Source: Octopus sinensis (taxonomy: Eukaryota). From it: a DNA stretch of 64,000 bases. The stretch covers positions 67,642,001 to 67,706,000 of the forward strand of contig NC_043005.1 of NCBI RefSeq assembly GCF_006345805.1. The letters are read 5' to 3'. This document shows, in pieces, positions 13,830 to 27,116 of the stretch (its first letter is position 1; each line of letters starts with the position of its first letter). The notes under the pieces are model-generated. The model saw only the letters and a list, made by a program, of their open reading frames with translations, made no database searches and was not told the DNA's origin. The position numbers were made by a program, and so were the translations under genes.

Positions 13830-14233
13830 TCATTCACGAAAGAACAAAGAGAGAGTCTCTGTTTTCTAAAACTGAAATTGGCTTCCGTATGTCCTGAAAT
13901 GAAGATTTGGAGGACATCCTAGTCGATGTCGGAGAATATGTGTTGCATAGACCGGAACAACAAATATGGAAAGATGTTCCTATAACCAAGTGTGAAGTTA
14001 GACAGAGTTGGTGCTTTGCAACCGGCTTGCAGGCGAGTGGGTGCTCCAGTATATATATCTCAAAAACACGAAATATCGGTATGAAGGATGCCATCACCTT
14101 TTCCACGTATGTACAGACATGCAGCGAGTGTAGAGGAGTCAAGCATTATGTGATCGGACGTGGGCTGTATGGGGCTGAAAAATCTAATGACTTACTACGA
14201 ATAAAAGGCCAACCTCAAGTTGTCTCCCACTAA
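13830..14233 (+). pseudogene. Unidentified coding-like remnant (108-aa open frame plus upstream in-frame segment broken by one TGA)
   Basis: Non-repetitive amino-acid composition (EDILVDVGEYVLHRPEQQIWKDVPITKC...YVQTCSECRG); no family recognised. Confidence 0.2.
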
Positions 14234-15157
14234 GGGAGCAGAATAAATTCAAGTCGATTGATCCACTTACAGTAGATCCACCTACCACATCTGTAGTAAT
14301 AAAATCCACTTAAGGGTCTTCTGTCCATGAGAGGAAGAGAAAAGGTAAACAGATTGTGGCAGTCAACAACGAAGATAGTAGCAGCGACAGCATCTACTGT
14401 TGCAATATTCCCATCAAAACTTCTACAAAGTGCATGCATAACACGCTCTATATATTTATTTAGGACAGAAAAGAAAGTCTCTGTATAACGGTTAGCTTCC
14501 TTGCAAATGCGAATATTTCTTGGAAACCTGAGATTTGTCTAACCTAAATATAAATTCAAATTTACAATGTAAAAATAATCAATGGTGCACTTCATTAGGT
14601 TACTAAATATCCCAGTGAAAATCTGAAAAGTTTATCTTCAACAAAGTTAGAGCCCAGTTAACATGTACTTTACAGAGATATTCTGTACGAAGAACACTAA
14701 AAGTATCCATACACGAAAACGCGATTCACTGATTTTTGTCCAGATTTCGTTCAGTTTTTAATATCTTACGTGTATGTGTGTGTGTGCGTGTGAGTACGCG
14801 CATAGGTGTGTGTTCAGAGGGGCGAGGTATAAAGCAAGTGAGAGGGATTTTTTTTCTTTTTCATCAACTTACTCTTCCTCCTCCAATGATTATCGGAAAT
14901 AATAGCGCGTTGCAATATAATTCATACCGTATTTATTTTTTACTCTTCATATTCAGAGATCAAATCCCGCTGTTAATTTTGCCAAATTTGTTTTTATTGC
15001 TTCGGTAGCTTCTAGACGTATTGTATTTGCCTATCTATTGCTTGTTGATTGTTTTTTTTTTTTGTATATATGTTATCATGCCAGAAACTTATTGACCCTG
15101 ATCATGCAATGTTGTTTACATTGTAGTTATTGCTGCTGCTGCTGCCGCCGTACTTGA

Positions 15158-15630
15158 TATTCTTTTCTATTCTAGGCACAAGGCCCGAACTTTTGAGGGA
15201 GGGGGCCAGTCGATTAGATCGACCCCAGTACGCAACTGGTACTTAATTTATCGAACCTGAAAGGATGAAGTCGACCCGAAGGGCAAAGTCGACCTCGGTG
15301 GAGTTTGAAATCAGAACGTAGCGGCAGACGAAATACCTATTTCTTTACTACCCACAAGGGGCTAAATGCAGAGAGGACAAACAAGGACAGACAAACGGAT
15401 TAAGTCGATTATATCGACCCCACCCCGAAAGAATGAAAAGCAAAGTCGACTTCGGCGGAATTTGAACTCAGAACGTAGCGGCAGACGAAATATCGCTAAG
15501 CATTCCGCCCGGCGTGCTAACGATTCTGCCAGCTCGCTCCCTTAAAATATTCTTTTCTACTCTAGGCACAAACTTCGACATTTTGAAGGAAGAGCCAGTC
15601 GATTAGATCGACCTCAGTATGCAACTGGTA
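15158..15630 (-). mobile_element. SINE family A, tandem composite
   Basis: Reverse complement of the 27117-27533 structure, plus an extra tail fragment at 15548-15630. Confidence 0.85.
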
Positions 15631-16309
15631 TGCCGTTCCTGATATTGCTCATGTTGTCGATGCTTCCATCGTTGTTGCTCTTGTGTTCAGTCATGTTGCG
15701 TTTAGCAATGACGTTGATGAAGATGATTCTTTCGAATAACGTAGTAAACGTTGATGGAAGCCACTCCATGATTAACCAACCTACAAAGAATACCAGACGA
15801 ATGTTTCCCAAGTCACTCCTGATCCTTTTCATATATTTTTTTTTTTTTTTTTTAAACGAAGTAAATGTTGAATAATGTAGCCAGAAATAAACTCTCAGAA
15901 AATACTGCATTATCGTAGTAGCTAGAACAGCTTTGGTGTTAGATCTAATTGATTAAAGCTAAGCAGGGTCTCAGCCACAACAACAACAACGACAAAAATC
16001 AAAAATATCAACGCTAACGACATGATACTTCCATGAAATATTGAGGCCTGACAAACTTGAAATATTGTCATATGTATGTTTTAATATCTTCCAATAATTT
16101 CGTTGTTTACGTCAGTGTCTTTTGTACTGTTCTTTATTCCCATGTCACCGTCACATTTTTTCGTCTTTTCCTTTCTTTATTTTTGAACTGTTTCCATTCT
16201 TAAGTAGAAACTCCTTCTTCTTCTGCCATTATGAAGTAAGAGTGTTTTTCTTGTACTTTTTTGATTGAGTTATGGTCGATGATGAAGATGATATTTGGTC
16301 GCTAGTAAG

Positions 16310-16860
16310 GTTCTGCTGTTGTTGTTGTTGTCTTTATTGTTGCTGTTGTGGTCGTTATTGTTGCTGTTGTCGTTATTGTTGCTACATTTTGTTGTGGCTG
16401 AAGTTATTGCTATTACAGTTGCTGTTATTAATACCATTGTTTTTACGATTCTTGTCGTTGCCCCGTTGTTGTTGTTGCTGTTGTTGTTGTTATTGTTGTT
16501 GTCGTTGCTATTATTATTATTATTGTTATTGTTGTTATTGTTGTTGTTGTTATCCTTGTTGCTGCTGCTGCTACTAATGATAATGATGATGGTGGTGGTG
16601 GTGGTTGTGGTGGTGGTGGTGGTTGTGGTGATGGTGGTGGTTGTGGTGGTGCTGCTGGTGGTGGTGGTGGTGGTGATAGTGGTGGTGGTAGTGGTGCTGG
16701 TGCTGGTGCTGGTGCTGGTGGTAGTGGTAGTGGTAGTGGTGGTGGTGATATTGGTAGTGGTGATGGTGGTGGTGGTGGTGGTGTGGTGGTGGTGGTGATG
16801 ATGATAATAGTGGTGACATCCTTGTTATTGCTGTTGCTGCTGCCGGTATTGTTGTTTGCA
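16310..16860. repeat. Compound trinucleotide array (GTT/GCT/ATT/GAT/GGT/AGT)
   Basis: Direct reading; explains the poly-L, poly-V, poly-C and poly-H ORFs. Confidence 0.95.
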
Positions 16861-16962
16861 CTTTTGTAGTTGCTTTTGAAAACTCTGTCTAATACATTTT
16901 ACTTTGTTGCAGCAGAATTTTTGTGTAAGTATGCCACAGCGACACAGACATACAGACTCATG

Positions 16963-17025
<63 letters not shown>

Positions 17026-17445
17026 GCCCGCACACACACACGCACGGAGGTTAACTTTGTGTGGGCGTGCTGAATATTTTGCAGCAATATCCAGTGTAGA
17101 GTGTGTATATGTGCCTCTTGTACAAACGTAATATATGTGTGTTTATTATGTATGCATGAGAGAGAGAGAGAGACAGACAGACAGAGACAGATAGACAGGC
17201 ATACAGAAAGAGTGTTCGTGTGCTTTTATAGTCAAAGTAACTCAAATGGATGCGGAATGGATGAAATGACATTCAGTTATAGTTTCTACATTTTAAAACG
17301 TGAGTTGTGATCTCGACAAGATCAGGTATGCTTTCCCATTTTCATGAGTCAAAACAATATGCATCAGTCAAGCAGCAGAGACTGTTGTACCAGAGAGCAC
17401 TGGGGTAACAACAACAACAACAACAACAACAACAAAAACAACAAC

Positions 17446-17485
<40 letters not shown>

Positions 17486-17504
17486 TAATAATATAATAAT
17501 AATA

Positions 17505-18010
17505 AGTAGAAGTGTTATCATGTACATTGTTTTGTCTTGGTATAAAAGATGGGCTACAGCAAATATTCTGCTCAATACCACAGATTTGCTTGTCAGTTGT
17601 TTGACCTTAACCAGTTGAGCATGTCCCTTAGTGGCTGACGATATGTGCATCTCTGATCACGAGCAGAAGTAGTGGGGGAGCATCATAGCCATGTGTTGAG
17701 AGGAATTCTTTGGGGTTTGAATAATTCACCTCTGAAAACATGGGTGGTTCTTTCAACATCCTTAAACAACCCTTATTCAGGGACCTTTTGAGCGGGATGG
17801 GCTACTCGACCTGAAGAAAATTCTAACTGGGCCCCACCTGCAAGGTCATGTGCTGTTTATCTTGATATGAGATCACCATGTCGCGCACATATGGTTGTGA
17901 TGCATGTGCCTGGTGTACCCTTATCAGACGGCTAGTCATGATGAGTATATTGGGCTTCGTATATTTTACCCCAGTGTCACTTTGATGACATGAACTGCTC
18001 TCTCACTCAA
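17505..18010 (+). mobile_element. Non-coding (AAT)n-flanked interspersed repeat, copy 2 (5'-truncated)
   Basis: Matches the reverse complement of 726-1215; AAT tracts on both sides. Confidence 0.85.
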
Positions 18011-18037
18011 TAATAATAATAATAATAATAATAATAG

Positions 18038-18340
18038 GAATGATCAAGAAGGGAACCGAAAATTATATGAGAATGATCCCTGGCTTACCATCCCTGCAAG
18101 AAGTGCAAAAGATTGTCTTAACTGGTACATCACATGTATTGAGAAGAGCATTGTTGCTGTGAGAGCTGTTACTGCCCATGTATTTTAATTTAACCTTCAA
18201 AAAAAAATGAACGAACTATTTGAGTTTGGTTTAATGGCCTACAAATGTATACTATGAGTTTCTTTGCCCTAGGAGTCGGGAAGACGATCGGCAAGAAATG
18301 GAAGCAAATTTGAAAGAGAAGAAAAAAACAAAAAAACAAT
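18038..18340 (+). mobile_element. R4/Dong LINE, extreme 3' end plus 3' UTR
   Basis: GMIKKGTENYMRMIPGLPSLQEVQKIVLTGTSHVLRRALLL*; very similar to 20570-20690; followed by (AAT)n. Confidence 0.85.
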
Positions 18341-18365
18341 AATAATAATAATAGTAATAATAATA

Positions 18366-18420
<55 letters not shown>

Positions 18421-19040
18421 CAGAAACAGAAGGGTTTATCATAGCAGTCCAACATCAATGCCTACTTACATGAAACTACCAGGCCAACATATTAAAGAAC
18501 GTAAGCTGCCCGACATGTCGTGTATGTTAACAACAAAATGAGACCATTGATCATGTTGTTTCCATGTGCAGTCTTCTTGCGCCTACAGAGTATCTCAACA
18601 GGCATGACAGAGCTGCACAATATATTCACCGGGTAATTTGCTCCATGATAAAAATTGGTGGGAACACAAACCACCTCCAGTGCTTGAAAACGATCACATC
18701 TCACTCCTCTGGAACTTCACCATTCAAACTGACAGAAAGATAAATGCAAATAGGCCAGACATTCTATTGAAAGACTTCAGATAAAAATCATGCCTCCTCA
18801 TTGATATGACGGTTCCAATCGATAGAAATGTATCTGTCAAGACCTACCAAAAACTGAGCAAGATCTTGAAACAGAAATTGGCATAATGTGGGACCTCGAG
18901 ACTAAAACGATACCTGTTATCATAGGTGCCCTACGAATGATAGCAAATTAGGCTGATTACTATCTAGGTCAGATATCAGGAAACCCCCAAAATGGCAGAA
19001 ATTCAAAAGTTAGTGCTCATGGGAACTCTACATATCCTAC
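18421..19040 (+). mobile_element. R4/Dong LINE 3' fragment with stops
   Basis: ETEGFIIAVQHQ...CRVC*QQNETIDHVVSMC...RHDRAAQYIH...NANRPDILLKD...CLLIDMTVP. Confidence 0.9.
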
Positions 19041-19059
19041 GTAAAATACTTTCTATGAA

Positions 19060-19491
19060 AACACTTGTAGACAAATAAATGTAAGTGTTCTCACTGGTAA
19101 AAATATATCTGTAAAGGAATTTGACAAATTGAGTTAATATAAGGACCTGGAATTAGAAATACAGAAGATGTGACATCTTAAAGTGAGAACTGTTCATGTT
19201 ATTGTAGGTGCTGTAGGTATGATAGAAAAGGGATGTCAAAAACATCTAGATAACATCCAAGGAGAACCATGTCTCAGAGAAATCTAAAAGATTATGCTAG
19301 CAAGTACTGCCAACATCCTTAGAAAAACCCTATCAATTGAAATGTATGTTTTGTATTACATGACGATATTTTGCCCCTGCCACTTCCCCTCCCCAAGCTT
19401 TCAGTTATACTGTAACATCTCTTACACTTCACTCACCCTAGGTCGGTGGGTGTATCTCGGCAAGTGATTGTAACAAACATGCAGATTAAAA

Positions 19492-19495
<4 letters not shown>
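19060..19495 (+). mobile_element. R4/Dong LINE 3' end plus 3' UTR
   Basis: NISVKEFDKLS*YKDLELEIQKM*HLKVRTVHVIVGAVGMIEKG...ANILRKTLS; ends at (AAT)n 19495-19580. Confidence 0.85.
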
Positions 19496-19527
<32 letters not shown>

Positions 19528-19544
19528 TAATAATAATAACAATG

Positions 19545-19583
<39 letters not shown>

Positions 19584-20114
19584 CAAATATTTCAACTCAG
19601 TGTGAATATATGTGTGTGTATGTAAAAAGGAGGTATGTGAATGTGTGTGTGTGTGTTCAATGGAAGTGGGATGGTGAACATTCAACGCTGAAAAGACAAA
19701 TCAAACAGCATTTCAACACTGTGTGAATATATGTGCGTATGTGTGCGCGTGTACAAAGCAAAGAAAGTATGTGATTGTTTGTATGTGTGAGCTAGCGTTC
19801 TTTCAGCAACAAACGATGATTGATGTCACATCTCCAAAGACAACAACTAGATAACATTGACAAGTGTATTAATTTGAATTACCATCCATATGTTACAAAC
19901 ATATACATATACAAACTCATTAGAGGAAATGCTTATTGCCTAAGTGTCTCAAGAATATAAAATGACTGCAGTTGAAAAATATATTATAAATACACATTTA
20001 ACAGTTCGTACCTGTGCCTAATTTATTTATATTAAGAAATTTATATAATAAATTTTGAATAGGGAGTTGTTTTTACAATATCAAAAACCTCTGCATGATA
20101 AATAAGTGGCCCGC

Positions 20115-20905
20115 AGCAAACAAGCTAATGTACATCAGAAGCATACCCATCAGTGACTATGGAGTTCAGGGCTGAAGGCAGAGATTGAAGGCTTTATCTT
20201 GGCAGCTCGAGGCACGACAGAGTTGGCCAATATCTACAGAGGATACTGTGTCGACGTTATAAAATCATAACTGCTGACAAGTGGTACAAGCACCACCCTG
20301 AGGCTGTAGCTGACGGAAAAAATGTAATGATTCTTTGGGACTTTCCAGTATGTACAGACTGGACCATGAAAGCAAATAAACCAGATATTGTTGTGAAACA
20401 TCAAAACAATAAAGTCTGTTCGTTGATTGACATGAGCATACACTGTGACTATAATATCTCGGTAGAAGAACTTGATAAGGTCAGAAAATATAAAGATTTA
20501 CTCATGGAAATCGAAAAGATGTGGCATCTCAAGACGATTGCAATACCAGTGATTGCAGGAGCCCTTGTAATGATCAAAAACGGAACTTAATATTACTTAA
20601 GAATGATCGCTGGCTTACCATCCATACAGGAAGTGCATAAGATTGTCTCAACTAGTACGTCACATGTATTGAGAAGAGCATTATCGCTGTGAATTTTCTT
20701 TCCCTTTTTCCTCTTTATTTTCTTTCTTTACATTTTTATTTATTATTTTAATCTTTTCTCTCTGTCTTTCTTTCGTTTTTTCTCTATCACATGACTTTGT
20801 AAGTGAACAATTTGGCGTGTCTGTTTTAATGGCCTACCAATGTATACAGTGCGTTACTCTGCCCTTAGTGTCAAGAACACACTCGGCAATAAATGGAAAG
20901 GGAAA
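20115..20905 (+). mobile_element. R4/Dong LINE 3' fragment with internal deletion
   Basis: ORF 20327-20590 ANKPDIVVKHQ...CSLIDMSI...KYKDLLMEIEKMWHLKTIAIPVIAGAL; HDRVGQY motif upstream. Confidence 0.9.
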
Positions 20906-21011
20906 TGAAAGAAGGTGATAATGAAAAGAAGAAGAAGAAGAAGAGAAGAAGAAGAAGAAGAAGAATGTCACGGGGAAAATAATATGAATAAAATAATAAC
21001 AATAATAATAA

Positions 21012-21042
<31 letters not shown>

Positions 21043-21113
21043 AAGAAGAAGAAGAAGAAGAAGAAGAAGAAGAAGAAGAAGAAGAAGAAGAAGAAGAAGA
21101 AGAAGAAGAACAT

Positions 21114-24100
21114 TGTCACGGGAAAAAATACTGGTGGTTGTGCAACCTAAAATTCACTAATCGTCATCATGAGTGCTGAAGTGTCAAATAAAAATAGAAA
21201 TGAGAACGGCGTGAATGAAGCTGGAACACCTTGTGAAGTTCTCTCACCAGCGGGTGCCCCACGGGTGAGCAGCTTAGGGCTAGTCGTCATCAACCAACTC
21301 CTTGAACAAGGTGAACAAAAGAAATGAATGTGGTTGTAATGAAGTGCTACTTTCTGGGTAATCCGAGAAATGATAATGAAGTACCCGACAGGGAGTACAG
21401 GAAAAGAATGCTCAAAGCATGGAGCGACAGAGGCCTCTTAGAATTAAGTGAACAAAATATGTGTGACCGGGCTAGAACCATCAGAAAGAATGAATGGTTA
21501 TCTCCAGTTGAACTAGAAAGCATTAAGATACGGGTGCTTAGGGATAGTAAGACGAGCAGTGGACGGAATGATGAGGAAGAGAATGCAAACAGTGAAACTA
21601 TTGCAGTAGATTTAAAGGAATAAAACGAGCAAGAGGTTGGGATTAATGATCGGGAAAGTGATGATTTCATTTTAAATGAAATCATTGATATTTGGACCTC
21701 TGGTGAACAGAGTTTTCATACGGGTTTTAAAAAGTAGGCAGAAAGAAACTCAATGAATGGGTAAGAAAGATAGATGACATCACTGGTGATTACAGGACTG
21801 ACAACATCAGAGACACCATCAATCTAATAAATGCAATCGCCATCTTTATAGCCCGGAAGTTAGGTTGGAAATCCAATGGTAAATGTTAACATAACCTGAA
21901 GGAACCATGGTGGAAAAGGGGAATAACGCAGTCTATTAACGAGACCAGAAAACATATCAATATTCTGGAACGAAAAAAAATTAAATGAAGATCAGCGAGA
22001 AAAATATGTTGAGCTACAGAGGAAGTATAGGTTGAAGAGAAAGGGAATCAATATTGTGATTGAGAAATTAAAACGGAGGTTGAAAGCCAAAGCACATAAA
22101 CTAAAGAGATATGAACAGAGAATTGAGCAGTACAGATTAAACAGATTTTTCGAACAAAATCAGAAACGAATCTATCAGGAACTGGATGCTGAAGAAAGCA
22201 AAAGATTCTGGTCAAACATATGATCTCAGGAGAAGCAACACGAAACTGAAACAGTTGTTAAATACACTCAAATGGGAGAGTGGAGAGTATCAGTAGCATG
22301 ATCTTAGAATAACTGAGATGATTAGAGATCAGTGCAGGAAAATTCCTAACTGGAAAGCGCCTGGCCCAGACAGGGTTCAGGGCTTTGGGCTTAAAACTTG
22401 ACAACTCTGCACAGAAGAACTGCGAGACAGATGGACGAAATACTGAGTAGAGACATCCAAGTACCGGCCTGGATGACGAAAAGGGGGACGGTAGTATGCC
22501 AGAAAGACCCAAGTAAAGGGAACGCGCTTAAAAATTTTCGACCAATATCTTGTTTGCTACTGATGTGGAAACTGATGACGAGCATCATATTAAACAGCAT
22601 CTATAAGTACCTAGATGAGGACGAGTTACTATCAGTGGAACAAAAAGGGTGTAGAGATAACAGCAGAGGAACGAAGTTTCAATTACTAATCGATAAAACT
22701 ATCCTGGATGACTACAAGAAGAGACACAAACATTTGGCGGTGGCATAGGTGGACTACAGGAAAGCATACGACATGGTCTCACACTTGTGGATTATTGAAT
22801 GCCTTAAATTCATTAAGGTCTCCTACAATATCCTGAAGTTAATACAAAACTCAATGACAACGTGGCGAACTGAACTCACAGGATGAGGAGATAAGCTGGG
22901 AAGGGTAAATATCAAAAGCGGAATCTTTCAAGGGGAGAGTCTGTCGCCTCTCTTATTTGTAGTCTGCATACTGCCACTAACAAGCGTTTTAAGAGAGAAG
23001 TGTGTGGGATATATACTAGGCAGGGTGAAAGTAAACAACTTGTGGTTTAGGGATGGCCTAAAGTTGTTCATTAACACTGAAAAAGAAATTGAGAGGTTCA
23101 CGGCAACTGTGCAGATGATTAGCAAATATATTGGCATGGAATTTGGGATCGAGAAAGGTGGTGTAATGATTCTCAAAGGGTGAAGTCAGTAGAAGCCATA
23201 GGATCAAGCTAGAAAGTGGTGAAGCTATAAGGGAAGTTGGAGAGGAAGGATATAAGTACCTGTTTATCATTGAAAGAGATAAGATGAATGCACACACGGT
23301 GAAAGAAATGTACAGGAAAGAGTATTTGAGAACTAGACTTGTGCTCCAATCGAAGCTAAATGGCCACTGTAAGATTAGAGCAGTTAACACGTGGGTAGTT
23401 GCTTTGGTGAGGCAGGAATATCTTGGAAGTAGCATGAATTACAAGAAATAGACCGGAGAACACGTAAATTAATGACAAGGAACAAGGAACTACACCCCGA
23501 GAGTGATGTGTCAAGACTGTATGTAAAGAGGAAAGAAGGAGGACGGAAATTAGAGTGTTGTGAAAGTAGTGTAAGAGAAGGGGAGAATAGCATCGCTTGG
23601 TATTTCAAGGAAAGTAAAGAAGAAATAAGTGAAGCAGTGAAAATTCAATGAAACACAAAAGTAAACGAAGCCGTAGATCCAACACAATTTAAGAAAGACC
23701 AGAGAGAGCAGAAGAAGGAAATTTGGTAGGACAAGAAAATGCACAGTCAGTCTTTGAAGAATAAAGATTTGATTGATTGGAATATAACTTGGCAATGGCC
23801 GCAGAAAGGAGACTTAAAAGGGCCCACTGAAGCATTAGTGTGCAGCGCTCAAGAACAAGTGCTCAGAACAAACTACTTCAAATATCACATTGATAAAAGC
23901 ACTGCCTCGCAAAAGTGTACGATGTGCGCTGAGAATGGAGAAAGTATAAGCCAAATTGTTAGTGAGTGCTGTAAGCTCGCACAACGCGAATACAAAATGA
24001 AACACGACAATGTGGTCAGATATGTTCACTGGCAGTTGTGCGGTAAAACAAAGCTTGAGGGAGCCGAACAATGGTATGAACACAGGCTAGAGGGAATAAT

Positions 24101-24615
24101 GGAAAACGAACATTACAAAATATTCTGGGATTTTAACAAGCAGTGCGACCAAATCATAGAGGCAAGACGGCCAGATATCGTGATCATCCATTAACATGAA
24201 AAAGATGCAGAAATAATAGATGTTGCAATGCCAGGCGATTCGAGGGTGAAATGTAAGGAAACAGAAAAGAGTGAGAAATACCAGCCACTGTGGGACAAGA
24301 TAGGAAAGTTATGGAGCATGCGGAAAGTAATGGTGATACCGGTGGTAATTGGAGCATTGAGAACAGTTTCCAAGAGCTTTGAAAAACATATTAAAAATAT
24401 TGGGGCTGCTGTCAGTCTCAAAGTGATCCAGGAGACAGCATTGTTGGGTACAGTTCGCATTCTAAGGAGAGTACTGTCTCTTTGAGTCACAGGAGAAGGA
24501 ACTACTTGAAAATTTTGGTGATTTGTTTTTGTCAGCGTTCAAGTAAAGAACAACCGATAATTAAGAGCTATCCGAGAGTCTTTCAGAATGATAATAGTAA
24601 TGATAATAATAATGA
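21114..24615 (+). mobile_element. Nearly full-length R4/Dong-clade LINE (single ORF: N-terminal region, RT, CCHC, RLE), inactivated
   Basis: Ordered motifs: MNVVVMKCYF, PWWKRGI, WKAPGPD, FRPISCL, EQKGCR, VDYRKAYDMV, GIFQGESLSPLLF, FRDGLKLF (decayed FMDD), GYKYL, CTMC...QIVSEC, RPDIV...IIDVAMPGD...EKYQPL; multiple stops and frameshifts; stop at 24485. Confidence 0.93.
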
Positions 24616-25429
24616 GGAGGAGGAGGAAGAAGAAGAAGAAGAAGAAGAAGAAGAAGAAGAAGAAGAGAAGAAGAAGAAGAAGAAGAAGAAGAAGAGGAAG
24701 ATGCTGGCGAACACGACGACGATGATAACGATGACGACGATGATGATGATCATGATGATGGGAGGAGGAGGGGGAGGGACAATTCTCAATTTTACGGCTT
24801 CTTTGGTATCTGTACTTCATTTGAGATTGCAAAGTAAATGATCTTCCAATATTTGCGCTTTCTAACTGCAGGATCATATTTCATCTCCGCGCTTCACTAC
24901 TATGTTCACTCTCAATGGAGAAATCTTATTAAATTTTGTAATTACCATTCACCAACAGTCGTGATCATACCAGATGTCTGCTGCTTGAAATTCTAAAATT
25001 AGCTAATGTCCCAATGCCGACTTTTGCTGATAGAGTTAGCCGTATTCTGATACTGTTTTTGAGCTAGCAAGCTGCATTCGCTGAATAGACGAACATTGTT
25101 TTCTTCCACTTTTCTATGTATTCTGTGTTTGTTGTCTGGCTGGGTTTTTATCAATCTTTGTCCTAATCAGAATTCTCTTTAGCAGCATGTTGCTGGGCAC
25201 CAATTATTTATCATTCAGTTTTCTGTTTTCAGGTTTCCATCTCCCTGGCACAACCAGCATTTTTTACTTCCAGCTTCCTCAGTTTGTAGCATGAATTAGC
25301 CAAGTAATTATTTTTCTTTCCAGTTATTTGCTCTGTCATTCTTCTTTCAATTCTTTCAGTTTCATTAATTTCTCCGATATGTCTAGCTGCAGATAACAGT
25401 CTTTTCTCATTGTGCACAGAATAGTGTTT

Positions 25430-26200
25430 TCAAACCTGAAATGGCAACTTCTATGCATAATAAATCGGAAACTCTGAACAAAGACTTATAGATAACAAAT
25501 ATAGTCAAATAGTGAGAAAACAATGAATATCTCGGTGGGAGCTGGACTATAAATAACAAATAGCAGAAAGATCAATGAATCATCTGAAGGAAATAAGATT
25601 TACTTCATAGAAGGTGGAGACATTACAGAAGACAGAAACTTGCTTCAACGTTTGAATGAGACAAAAAATTGAGATAGAACGGTATTTTCATGGGAAGTGG
25701 AAGAGAAATTATTCGAAAAGCAGTTAACAAGTTGAATAAACTATTAGCAAAAAATCAAAGTTGACAATATAACCAGTGTAATTGACCTAACTTACTAAGG
25801 GGCTTCTGTTGTTGTAAAGATTCGTGTAGTTAAAAGTAGAGCAGAAAAGTACGGTGAAAGAAAAACATCAGTATCGTCTTCAAAGAAAATATGACATCAG
25901 ACACAGAAGGTTAAAGGCTATCTAAGAAGAGATAAGAAAAATAGTAAAACAAATTTGTATAAAAAAAAAACATTAGATAACACCATAGAATAAATCAGCG
26001 TCAACATAACAAGGTTGTTGAGAAACAACGAAAGAAAAATTTACCAACAACTGAACGATGAGAATGATCATCAAAGGAATGAAATACTGGAGCAGCAAGA
26101 AACTTTTGATCTGATATTGGCGACAAGAGGTTCAAAACAACGGTGAAGTAGACTGGTTTCGGAAAATTTAAAAGCGAAATGGAAAATAGGCAACGGCAAT
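25430..26200 (+). mobile_element. Old, highly decayed N-terminal portion of an R4/Dong-like LINE
   Basis: Fragments KVDNITSVIDLTY and NQRQHNK..ENNERK.YQQLN resemble the pre-RT region of the 21.1-kb element. Confidence 0.45.
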
Positions 26201-26219
26201 ATAATATTCAAGAGATACA

Positions 26220-26406
26220 AGGCGGCAAGCTGACAGAATTGTTACCGTGTCGGAAGAAATGCAGCTGAGCATTTCTTCCGTTTTTACATTCTGAGTTCAA
26301 ATACCGCCGAGGTCGGCTTTGCCTTTCATCCTTTCGGGGTCGATGTAATTGACTTATTCTCTCTCCAGAAATTGTTGGCCTTGTATCAAAATTTGGAATC
26401 AATATT
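26220..26406 (+). mobile_element. SINE family A monomer
   Basis: A-box-like ctgacagaattgtta, B-box gagttcaaatacc, tail aattgttggccttgtatcaaaatttggaatcaatatt. Confidence 0.85.
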
Positions 26407-27116
26407 CAGGTGATGCTTAAAAAGATTCTAAGCTAGTAAATTTCTCAACTCTAGTTTCACAAGCATGCTCAATGCCGTCCAAGAATTTGGACCTGGAGAT
26501 CTCCATTTCCAGCGACTTCGAGGGTCACCTCCCAGCAGTGGTGTCGGGCGTCAACGAAGAGCCTTTGACTACAAAAAGACGACCAAAGTTCTTTTTCCGA
26601 CGTCTGGGGTCTCCCGCCCCTAAGCCCTAGACCATCACCTAATCACCCTTACCTGTCTTGTTGCTTAACAACAACAACAACAGCATGCTCAATTATAAAC
26701 GACGGTTTTTCGTTGGTTCTACAGAAAAAGGAGTACCGATATGGATGGTGGAAAGAAAAGCAGTATTACTACAGTCGGGTTTAGAAAAACGGAGTCAGCA
26801 ATTATAGGTCTATTACAGTCTTTTTATAGATTTGGAAATTGCTGTCTGGCCTCGATTAATGTATAATACAGCTTTCTGGTGAAGGGGAAACATTCAGTAG
26901 AAAAAGGAACAGGGATACAAAAATAGATCAAGAACTGCTGGTCAGTTGTTTATTGCGATTATAATTACTAAGTGAATGATTGATAAGAAAAAGAATGATT
27001 AACTTTTGGCTAGAGTGCAAAAACAAACGATAATTTACAGTAGAATTATGTTTTTCGGATCCCTGAAGATATCTTTAGAGCTTTAAAGGACAATAAGGCT
27101 TACAAGTAACTTTTGA

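Noticed and set aside
14815-14880. TATA-like GGTATAAAG with a GC-box-like motif upstream
   Set aside because: Such motifs are expected by chance; no exon or other support downstream
16020-16070. Hammerhead-like GAAATATTGTC
   Set aside because: No CUGANGA core and no stem II
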